From: Halomicrobium mukohataei DSM 12286
GTDB lineage: Archaea > Halobacteriota > Halobacteria > Halobacteriales > Haloarculaceae
Direction: 5' to 3'
NCBI RefSeq assembly: GCF_000023965.1
Contig: NC_013202.1
Coordinates: 2,310,001 to 2,342,000 of the forward strand
Length of the DNA stretch: 32,000 bases
Shown here: positions 23,470-30,424 of the stretch, piece by piece
How the letters are laid out: every line of letters starts with the position of its first letter
Position numbering within the stretch: position 1 is the first letter of the stretch
The notes under the pieces: model-generated
The model's database searches: none
What the model was told of the DNA's origin: nothing
The model's input: only the letters and a program-made list of their open reading frames with translations
Position numbers and translations under genes: made by a program

Positions 23470-24156
23470 TTACAGGCGCGGTGACACTTTCCACGGGTTC
23501 TCGATCTGGTAGCCTGCCCCCTCCTCGGTGACCTCGAAGTCGATCGCTTCCCAGCCGAAGTCGTGTGTCCCTCGTTCGGCTTCGAGTTTGGACCCGACAC
23601 GGAACCATCCGGGACGAACGTTCCCGTAGGTCAGGGTCTGCTTGCTGGGATCGGACCAGGTTTCGTCCCAGTCGACGGGACCTGGGCCCGGCGGATCGTC
23701 GGAGTACCGATCGTCGGACCCAAGATACGCGAGCCCCACTCGCTGGTGTGCGGCCTGGTACTGCTCGATCTCGTCACGGTGGTCGTCGCGCCACTCGTCG
23801 TCGTCGTCGTCTCCGTGGTAGATCGCTCGACCGTGATGACCGTGCGGTGCCGTCGCGTAGCCGCCAGTACCGCGTCCCGTCGCACCGCCACCCCGTCCGC
23901 CGCCTTTCTGTCCTCGTGCCGTCCCGACGACAGAGAGTCCACTGGCTGCGATGTCGAGACTCGCTTCCACGTCCGCTCGGGACTCGACGACTGGCTCCTC
24001 GATTAGCGGGACCTCTAACGTCCCGGAACTGACTCGCAGCTCGTCGAAGACATCTGATTCTCTGGGAGGGGTCGACGTGGAGCCGCTACAGCCCGCGAGG
24101 GAACCAACTCCGGCGAGGCCAAAGACACTCGCGCGGACGAACGATCGTCGGCGCAT
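23470..24156 (-). CDS. Tat-secreted lipoprotein with a Gly/Arg then His/Asp-rich central segment (228 aa)
   Basis: MRRRSFVRASVFGLAGVGSLAGC has a twin-Arg motif plus lipobox. The central segment is GQKGGGRGGGATGRGTGGYATAPHGHHGRAIYHGDDDDDEWRDDHRDE. A minus-strand CTTTCATT box (plus 24182-24189) lies about 29 nt upstream of ATG 24156. Confidence 0.7.
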   Translation of the reverse strand: MRRRSFVRASVFGLAGVGSLAGCSGSTSTPPRESDVFDELRVSSGTLEVPLIEEPVVESRADVEASLDIAASGLSVVGTARGQKGGGRGGGATGRGTGGYATAPHGHHGRAIYHGDDDDDEWRDDHRDEIEQYQAAHQRVGLAYLGSDDRYSDDPPGPGPVDWDETWSDPSKQTLTYGNVRPGWFRVGSKLEAERGTHDFGWEAIDFEVTEEGAGYQIENPWKVSPRL

Positions 24157-24291
24157 ATTTCACCCACTATCTGTTTGGGACAATGAAAGTTGCGAAAGGC
24201 AAGTACCGCGCCCAAAGCGGCGTGACGGCCGGCGGGCGGTGTGACCTGCTCGGCAGAAACGACTAAACCCGGCCCCCGACAGGGGACACAC

Positions 24292-26061
24292 ATGCGACTG
24301 GAGGAATACTGGGGAATCGGGCCGAAGACGAGCGCGCTGCTCTCGTCGGAACTGGGGGTCGACCGCGCGGTTGCGGCCATCGAATCGGCCGACACTCGCG
24401 AACTGACGAAGGCGGGTCTCTCTCGGGGCCGAGCGACGCGGATCCTCAGGCGGGCGACGGGGGCCGAGGCGATGGATCTGCTGGCGACCCGCGACACCCG
24501 CGACGTGTACAAGGCGCTGCTGGACCTCGCCGAAGAGCACGCGGTCACGGAACACGCGGCCGACCGCATCCGAGTGCTGACGCCGCTGCCGGACCGGGCG
24601 GCGATGGAAGAGCGGCTCTCGTCCGTCCTCGACGCGCGCGACGCCTGGGCCAGCACCGACGAGGCGACGCGAGACGACGTGCTGGCGGCGTTCGACCGCT
24701 ACGACAGCGTCGCCGGGGGCGAGCTGTCTGCCGTCCGCACGGCGCTTGCGCTACAGGAGACCGGCGTCGACGACGGGGTGTTCGAGCCGATCGCGACACT
24801 TGACGGGGACCGACTCGGCGACGCGGCACGTGCGCTGGCCGGACTGCAAGGCGAGGGCGACCGTGTCGGCGACGGGGCGGACGACCAACTCGACGGACTG
24901 CGCGAGCGGCTCGGACAGGTGGAGGATCTCGCTGTGACCTCCGCGGCGGTCGTCGAGGAACTCCAGTCCGAGGCCCGCCGACCCGACGAGTTTCGGGACG
25001 CGCTGGCTCGCTACCTGACCAGCGAGACCGGCGTCGACGCCGCTCGCGTTCGCGACGCCGTCCCGCGGGAGGCCGCCGACGCACAGGACTTCGTCGAGAG
25101 CGCGCTCCGGTCGCTCGCTGGCGATCTCCGCAGCGCGGTAGACGAACGCGAAGCGACCGTCGCCGCGACCCTGGAGGAGGACCTCGCGGCCGCCCGCGAG
25201 ACCGTCGACGCGGCCGTCGAGGCCGTCGACGCTGCCGCGCTGTACGTCTCGCTGGCACGCTTCGCGCTGGCGTACGAGCTCGGACGTCCGACGTTCGTCG
25301 CGGACCGGGAGACCATCGCCGTCCGTGGCGCGCGCAACCTCGCACTGCAGGACGCCGGGGACGACGTACAGCCGGTGACCTACGCCGTCGGAGACCACGA
25401 CCTCCCCGCCGGCCGCGAGCCGCCCACGGGTGACCGGGTCGCCGTCCTGACCGGCGCGAACTCCGGTGGGAAGACGACGCTGCTGGAGACACTGTGTCAG
25501 GTGCAGCTGCTGGCCCAGATGGGGCTGCCCGTGCCGGCCGAGGACGCCGAAGTGGGGCTCGTCGACGCGATCGTCTTCCACCGCCGTCACGCGTCGTTCA
25601 ACGCGGGCGTCCTGGAGTCGACGCTCCGATCCGTGGTTCCGCCGCTGACCGACGCCGGGCGGACGCTGATGCTGGTCGACGAGTTCGAGGCGATCACGGA
25701 ACCGGGCAGCGCCGCCAACCTCCTGCACGGGCTGGTGACCCTGACCGTCGAGCGCGACGCGCTCGGCGTGTTCGTCACGCACCTCGCGGACGATCTTGAG
25801 CCGCTCCCCGAGGCCGCACGGACCGACGGGATCTTCGCCGAGGGGCTGTCGCCGGACCTCGATCTCGAAGTCGACTACCAGCCGCGTTTCGAGACGGTCG
25901 GCAAGTCGACGCCGGAGTTCATCGTCTCTCGACTGGTCGCAAACGCCGCCGATCCGGTCGAACGCACGGGCTTCGAGACGCTGGCACAGGCGGTCGGCGA
26001 GGAGGCCGTCCAGCGAACCCTCTCTGACGCCCGCTGGTCCGAGGGCGACGGCGACGACTGA
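24292..26061 (+). CDS. MutS-related ATPase (domain V only, archaeal MutS5/MutS2-like) with N-terminal helix-hairpin-helix region (589 aa)
   Basis: Walker A LTGANSGGKTTLLETL and Walker B LMLVDEFEAITEP, with MutS-like context (QVQLLAQMGLPVPAE). The N-terminus is YWGIGPKTSALLSSELG (HhH-like). No mismatch-binding domain and no Smr domain are visible. ATG 24292 is preferred over the GTG at 24241. Confidence 0.8.
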   Translation: MRLEEYWGIGPKTSALLSSELGVDRAVAAIESADTRELTKAGLSRGRATRILRRATGAEAMDLLATRDTRDVYKALLDLAEEHAVTEHAADRIRVLTPLPDRAAMEERLSSVLDARDAWASTDEATRDDVLAAFDRYDSVAGGELSAVRTALALQETGVDDGVFEPIATLDGDRLGDAARALAGLQGEGDRVGDGADDQLDGLRERLGQVEDLAVTSAAVVEELQSEARRPDEFRDALARYLTSETGVDAARVRDAVPREAADAQDFVESALRSLAGDLRSAVDEREATVAATLEEDLAAARETVDAAVEAVDAAALYVSLARFALAYELGRPTFVADRETIAVRGARNLALQDAGDDVQPVTYAVGDHDLPAGREPPTGDRVAVLTGANSGGKTTLLETLCQVQLLAQMGLPVPAEDAEVGLVDAIVFHRRHASFNAGVLESTLRSVVPPLTDAGRTLMLVDEFEAITEPGSAANLLHGLVTLTVERDALGVFVTHLADDLEPLPEAARTDGIFAEGLSPDLDLEVDYQPRFETVGKSTPEFIVSRLVANAADPVERTGFETLAQAVGEEAVQRTLSDARWSEGDGDD

Positions 26062-26140
26062 TACTGCCGGCTGTAAGTCTGTACAGAATTTCGCGACCCC
26101 GTGGTCGTGAATCTCTTGAAACAGTTACAGCCGGCAGTAT
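26061..26140. repeat. MITE-like palindromic element, copy B (80 bp), interior inverted relative to copy A
   Basis: TIRs at 26061-26075 and 26126-26140 are identical to those of copy A. The reverse complement of the interior matches the copy A interior (first 17 nt identical, the rest about 80% with one indel). The first base is the A of the MutS-like TGA stop. Confidence 0.8.
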
Positions 26141-26229
26141 GAGACGCTGTGCCAGCGACTCTCACCAGAGGGTTCGACGACGATCGGCACAGCGGGATAT
26201 TGACAAGGCAGGGGGCACAACTGTCGGTG

Positions 26230-26544
26230 ATGGCAATCCAAAAGCTGCTGCCGGTAACGTACGCGTGGCTCGTCGTTCAGGGACTGCTGGCGTCGCTCCT
26301 GCCGAAGCAGGCGATCGAGCTGAACTCGCGCCTGACGCTCTCTGGGTTCGAGAATCCCGGAGACCTGGAGCCCAAGGCCTGGTACGTCAGGGCGACCCGC
26401 GTCGCCGGAGTCGGCATGCTGACCGCCGGCCTCGCCGGGCTGCTGTCGGTGTCGCAGCTCGACGACGAGTCCGCCGACACGGCCGAGTCCGACGCGGGCG
26501 AGTCGCCCGATCCGATCGAGGTCGACATCGAATCCGACGACTGA
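26230..26544 (+). CDS. Small membrane protein with acidic C-terminal tail (104 aa)
   Basis: MAIQKLLPVTYAWLVVQGLLASLL... and ...AGVGMLTAGLAGLLSV are two hydrophobic helices. An acidic tail DDESADTAESDAGESPDPIEVDIESDD follows. GATATTGA box lies about 30 nt upstream. Confidence 0.55.
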   Translation: MAIQKLLPVTYAWLVVQGLLASLLPKQAIELNSRLTLSGFENPGDLEPKAWYVRATRVAGVGMLTAGLAGLLSVSQLDDESADTAESDAGESPDPIEVDIESDD

Positions 26545-26557
26545 CGGCATCTCCTTC

Positions 26558-26896
26558 TCACTGAGGGGTTTCGTCTCTGCGACCGCCTTCGGCGCTCTCT
26601 GCCAGGACCAGCCCGTCGACGGCGACGACGCCGAAGCCGTCTTCGAGTTCGGTCTGGAGCGTCGACGCGCGGTCCTCGCCGTCGACCGTCGCGGTCACCT
26701 CAACGCTCGCGTCGACGCGGATGTCGGTCCAGGTCGGGTCGACACCAGTGACACGATCGATCGTCACCGCGTCGACGGCGTCGACACCGGCGAGTACCGC
26801 CGCGGCACCGGTTTCGAGGTCTCCGGACTCACCGCGCGGGACGCGCAGTGAGACGCTGGCCGTTGCATCGACCGTGGGTGTCGCTGTCAGCGACAT
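26558..26896 (-). CDS. Hypothetical acidic protein (112 aa from ATG 26896)
   Basis: MSLTATPTVDATASVSLRVPRGESGDLETGAAAVLAGVDAVDAVTIDRVTGVDPTWTDIRVDASVEVTATVDGEDR... has halophile-like composition. The upstream 55 codons of the track ORF are Arg/Cys-rich. No TATA box is visible near this start, so the start is uncertain. Confidence 0.5.
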   Translation of the reverse strand: MSLTATPTVDATASVSLRVPRGESGDLETGAAAVLAGVDAVDAVTIDRVTGVDPTWTDIRVDASVEVTATVDGEDRASTLQTELEDGFGVVAVDGLVLAESAEGGRRDETPQ

Positions 26897-27669
26897 AGCA
26901 CTCCGCCGCGAGTCGAACGCGGAAGCGGCCAGAGGCCGCCTGGTACCGACCAGCGAAGCGGTGATCCATCTTCCGGCGTCGAACGCCAGCGATGCCTCTG
27001 TCTGGCACCTGCGGTCGTCGACGCCGCACTGTCGGGCACCACAGCGGTGCCACCACGACACGGCGTCGTGGATTTGAGCGTCTCACCGGGGGTCGAACCC
27101 GCCCGTCAGACCGACCGGTGGTCGACGGGAGTCCAGCACTGTGAGACGAGAGCGCGGGTCACGGACGGGACCGCCCGTCGTGACCGTAGAGAGTCCAGAA
27201 CCGTGGCCCGCGCCGGTCGCCTACGCGGCGATCGATGCGGGCCGACGATCCCAGGTGTCCACGCGAGCACCCAGCGCCACCGGAATAGGGGACCGCAGCG
27301 CCCGGATCGCTGTTCCGGGATTTGCGGCGGACTCGCAGCCGGCGAGGCGTGCGAGCGTGGTGGTTGTGGGCAGATTGAGCATTTGGAACACCGTGGGTCG
27401 TCGTTCGTGGCACTTCCTACAGGAGGATATATATTAAATCTTTATCACGAATGTCACACGGTGTCACGGGTCGTGGTACTGCACCGGACGACACGGAGAG
27501 ACGGTCAATACTGAGGGTATATGAATAGATAGGGCGTTCCCGGCGATTGAAAAGCCGCTGGCCGACTTATGTGTCGGAGTCACTACCCTCGATATATGGT
27601 ACGAGACGCTCGACACGGAGACTGGGCGAGGACCACGAGAGCCGCGTTCGTCGTCGGGGATGGTGTTCG

Positions 27670-28713
27670 ATGACCGACGCCGACGTGACTCGCCGACGCC
27701 TGCTACAGGGCGCGGCCGGGCTCACCGTCGCGGCCGCCGCCCGTCCCGCGGTCGCGCAGTCCGACGGGCCTGACTTCGGGGGCTGGTTCGACAACGTGGG
27801 CAACTACGACGGCGTGGTCGACGAGACTGGCAGCGACGAAGTGACGATCTCCGTCGGTGCAGACGCTAACGGCGGTGCCTTCGGATTCGATCCGGCAGCC
27901 GTCGAGGTGTCGCCGGGAACGACGGTCGTCTGGGAGTGGACCGGTAGCGGCGGCTCGCACAACGTCGTCGCGGAAGACGGTACGTTCGAGAGCGAACTCA
28001 CCAAGGAGAGCGGCCACACCTTCGAGTACACGTTCGAGGAAACGGGCACCTACGAGTACGCCTGTACGCCCCATCGCTCGATGGGGATGAAGGGTGCCGT
28101 CGTGGTCAGCGAGGGCGGCGGCTCTGGGACCGAGACGGCCCAGAGCGAGGAGAGCGGCGGATCGGATCCGGACTTCGGGAGCTGGTTCGACAACGTGGGC
28201 AACTACGACGGCGTGGTCGACGAGACCGGCAGCGACGAAGTGACGGTCTCCGTCGGTGCAGACGCTAACGGCGGTGCCTTCGGATTCGATCCGGCGGCCG
28301 TCGAGGTGTCGCCGGGGACGACGGTCGTCTGGGAGTGGACCGGTAGCGGCGGCTCGCACAACGTCGTCGCGGAAGACGGTACGTTTGAAAGCGAACTCAC
28401 GAAAGAGAGCGGTTTCACGTTCGAGTACACGTTCGAGGAAGCGGGCACCTACGAGTACGCCTGTACGCCCCACCGCTCGATGGGGATGAAGGGTGCCGTC
28501 GTCGTCTCGGAGGCCGGTTCCGGTGCCAGCGGCGACGGAGGCGGTGGCGAAAGCGGCGGTAACTCGGGTGGCGATCCGTTCTCACCGGGTGCCAGCGCGC
28601 TCGGCATCTCACTGCTGATCGCGTTCCTCTCCCCGCTCGGACTGGCCGCGTTCCTCCGACGACGGGGAGCGGACGAGCCGGGCTCCGGCGGTCGCCCACG
28701 CTCTGGCGACTGA
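27670..28713 (+). CDS. Tandem two-domain halocyanin (type 1 blue copper protein) with Tat signal and C-terminal hydrophobic anchor (347 aa)
   Basis: Tat signal MTDADVTRRRLLQGAAGLTVAAAARPAVAQ. There are two plastocyanin-like domains, each with Cu ligands H (GGSHNV), C and H (YACTPH) and M (SMGMKG). The C-terminus is SPGASALGISLLIAFLSPLGLAAFLRRRG. Confidence 0.88.
   Translation: MTDADVTRRRLLQGAAGLTVAAAARPAVAQSDGPDFGGWFDNVGNYDGVVDETGSDEVTISVGADANGGAFGFDPAAVEVSPGTTVVWEWTGSGGSHNVVAEDGTFESELTKESGHTFEYTFEETGTYEYACTPHRSMGMKGAVVVSEGGGSGTETAQSEESGGSDPDFGSWFDNVGNYDGVVDETGSDEVTVSVGADANGGAFGFDPAAVEVSPGTTVVWEWTGSGGSHNVVAEDGTFESELTKESGFTFEYTFEEAGTYEYACTPHRSMGMKGAVVVSEAGSGASGDGGGGESGGNSGGDPFSPGASALGISLLIAFLSPLGLAAFLRRRGADEPGSGGRPRSGD
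27769..28106 (+). repeat. Halocyanin internal tandem duplication, unit 1 (338 nt)
   Basis: Aligns without indels to 28168-28505 at a fixed offset of 399 nt (133 codons). My hand alignment finds about 17 mismatches. Confidence 0.85.
28168..28505 (+). repeat. Halocyanin internal tandem duplication, unit 2 (338 nt)
   Basis: See unit 1. Identity is about 95% at nucleotide level, and the units are separated by a 61-nt Gly/Ser/Glu linker-coding spacer. Confidence 0.85.
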
Positions 28714-28785
28714 TCGCACGACCGGGCGGGCGCGGTCCCCGCGGCCAGCAGCCACCGTTATCTGCTTCCCGCTCGACGCTCGCGT

Positions 28786-30045
28786 ATGAAGCAGTACGAC
28801 AGACTCTACCGACTCTACGACGACTTCGATACGGCGTCGTTGCGGGCCTATCAGGAGTTCGTCGACCTCTTTCCACCGGTCGACTCGCGAGTCGCACTGG
28901 ACCACTGGCAGGACGCCAGCGACGAACTGGACGAGCGAAAGCGCGAGATCCGGGAGGCGTACCCGACGACCGGCGAGCGCTACGCGGCGATCGCGGCGTA
29001 CCTCGATCGCGATCAGGCCTTTACCGCGCTGGATCTGGCGACCGAGTACGGCCGGCCGATCAACGCGCTCGTACTCGACGTCGACGAGACGCTGCGCAGT
29101 GCCGGGACGACCGACAACGAGATCCCCCGAGAGACGCTCCACCTCCTCGATCTCCTCCACGAGGACGGCATTCCGATCGTCGTCTGTACCGGCCAGACCC
29201 TGGAGAACGTCAAGGGATTCCTCATCCAGGGGCTCGGCAACGCCTTCGTCCACTCGGGAGACGTGAGCATCGTCTACGAGTCGGGCAACGGCGTGTTCAC
29301 GCCCCGCCACGGCAGCCAGACCAAGCGGCTGCTGTACGAATCGCTGGACGAGTCGATCACGAACGTCTTCGACACCGTGCGTTCGCGGATCCTCGCCGAC
29401 GCCCCCGACGCCATCGCGCGAGGCTGTCACCTCCAGGGCAACGAGTTCAACGTCACGCTGAAGCCAAACGCCGAGAACGGCACCCGCAAGGCGGTCGAGA
29501 TCATCGACGACGGCCTGCTGTACCTGCTCGATCTCCTCGGCGAGACGGTCGCGAGCGAGGTCGATGCCGACGTGGACGAGCCCGGCGACTGGGCGCGGGC
29601 GTACTACGCGTCCGATCCCGAGATCCGCGCGGTCATCGAAGACGCGGGGGAGGGACAGGAAGCCAGCCCCGACGAGATGCCGCCCGCCCTCCGGTCGCTG
29701 TTCGACCGCATCGACCTGGGATACTACGAAGGTGACGCCGCGGAGATCGTCAGCCTCGAACTCGACAAGCCGGCCGGGGTCCGGGCTGCATTCGACGTAC
29801 TCGACATCGACGATCCGTTCGCGCTCGTGATGGGCGACAGCAAGAGCGACCTCCGGGTCATGGAGTGGCTCGAACGAGACGACGCCGGCATCGCCGCCGC
29901 GCCGGAACACGCCTCGCGGGACGTGCTCGATCACGTCGTCCGGACGAACGAACTCCTCTTCGACGCGGGCGACGCCGCTGCGGTGCTGGCGGTCGTCTAC
30001 GGCCTGAACCGCCTCGTCACGAGCCGCGACGACGCGGACCGGTGA
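28786..30045 (+). CDS. HAD-superfamily hydrolase with N-terminal extension (419 aa)
   Basis: Motif I LVLDVDETL (DxDxT), motif II VVCTGQT and motif IV VMGDSKSDLRVM. CGTTATCT box is centred about 26 nt upstream of the ATG. Confidence 0.75.
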   Translation: MKQYDRLYRLYDDFDTASLRAYQEFVDLFPPVDSRVALDHWQDASDELDERKREIREAYPTTGERYAAIAAYLDRDQAFTALDLATEYGRPINALVLDVDETLRSAGTTDNEIPRETLHLLDLLHEDGIPIVVCTGQTLENVKGFLIQGLGNAFVHSGDVSIVYESGNGVFTPRHGSQTKRLLYESLDESITNVFDTVRSRILADAPDAIARGCHLQGNEFNVTLKPNAENGTRKAVEIIDDGLLYLLDLLGETVASEVDADVDEPGDWARAYYASDPEIRAVIEDAGEGQEASPDEMPPALRSLFDRIDLGYYEGDAAEIVSLELDKPAGVRAAFDVLDIDDPFALVMGDSKSDLRVMEWLERDDAGIAAAPEHASRDVLDHVVRTNELLFDAGDAAAVLAVVYGLNRLVTSRDDADR

Positions 30046-30069
30046 GCGCGGCGAAAGCCACCCGAACGC

Positions 30070-30369
30070 TCAGGACTGGGAGTGTGCGGCCTCGACGTGT
30101 GCCAGTGCCTCCTCGGGCGTCATCCCGCGGACGCCACAGGCACACGAGCGCAGCTCCGGATCGGTGAGCTCGTCGACTTCGACCGTCCGGGCGCGCTGGA
30201 GTCCCTCTTCCGGGTCGTAGTCGTAGTAGAGCCGGTAGTTCACCTGTGTGACGCCCTCGATGCGATGGTCGGCGTCGGGATCGGGATTCTCGATCGCGTC
30301 CTCGTGTTCGGCCCGCATCTCCGCTTGCCACTGTTCGAGCGTCGCCTCCGGATCGCGGTCGTCGGTCAT
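30070..30369 (-). CDS. Small acidic hypothetical protein (99 aa)
   Basis: MTDDRDPEATLEQWQAEMRAEHEDAIENPDPDADHRIEGVTQVNYRLYYDYDPEEG... has halophile composition. The track ORF extension to 30759 is junk overlapping the ADH gene. A TATA-like GATTTTT (minus strand) lies about 27 nt upstream. Confidence 0.55.
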   Translation of the reverse strand: MTDDRDPEATLEQWQAEMRAEHEDAIENPDPDADHRIEGVTQVNYRLYYDYDPEEGLQRARTVEVDELTDPELRSCACGVRGMTPEEALAHVEAAHSQS

Positions 30370-30393
30370 ACCTCGTCCTCGCCGCGACGCCTG

Positions 30394-30398
30394 AAAAA
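30394..30398 (-). terminator. T5 run (minus strand) downstream of the ADH gene; doubles as TATA-like box for 30070..30369
   Basis: Plus-strand AAAAA at 30394-30398 lies 27-31 nt downstream of the ADH stop (30425) on the minus strand. Confidence 0.3.
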
Positions 30399-30424
30399 TC
30401 ACCGGCCCGTCTCCTCGCTCGCGG

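Noticed and set aside
27087-27101. tRNA T-arm-like CGGG-GGTCGAA-CCCG, and GGGTTCGAGAATCCC at 26344-26358
   Set aside because: The first has a non-canonical loop and no acceptor, D or anticodon arms around it. The second lies in-frame inside the CDS 26230..26544 (SGFENPG). I found no tRNA in the window.
27129-27205. Possible RNase P RNA remnants (GAGTCCAG twice, CAGAACCGTGGC)
   Set aside because: These only loosely resemble the CR-I GGAAAGUCC and CR-IV ACAGAACCCGGC motifs. Their order and spacing are wrong, and no GGAAAGTCC is present on either strand.
27221-27382. 53-aa minus-strand ORF MLNLPTTTTLARLAGCESAANPG... with an LAGC lipobox-like motif, downstream of the AT-rich block
   Set aside because: It has no real hydrophobic signal core. 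Its composition is basic and Arg/Pro-rich, unlike secreted halophile proteins. This is probably a chance ORF, though it is worth a look if ribosome profiling exists.
27703-28473. 256-aa minus-strand ORF (and the duplicated 81-aa/77-aa ORFs) inside the halocyanin gene
   Set aside because: These are antisense or alternative frames of the duplicated copper-domain units. They appear twice only because the DNA is duplicated.
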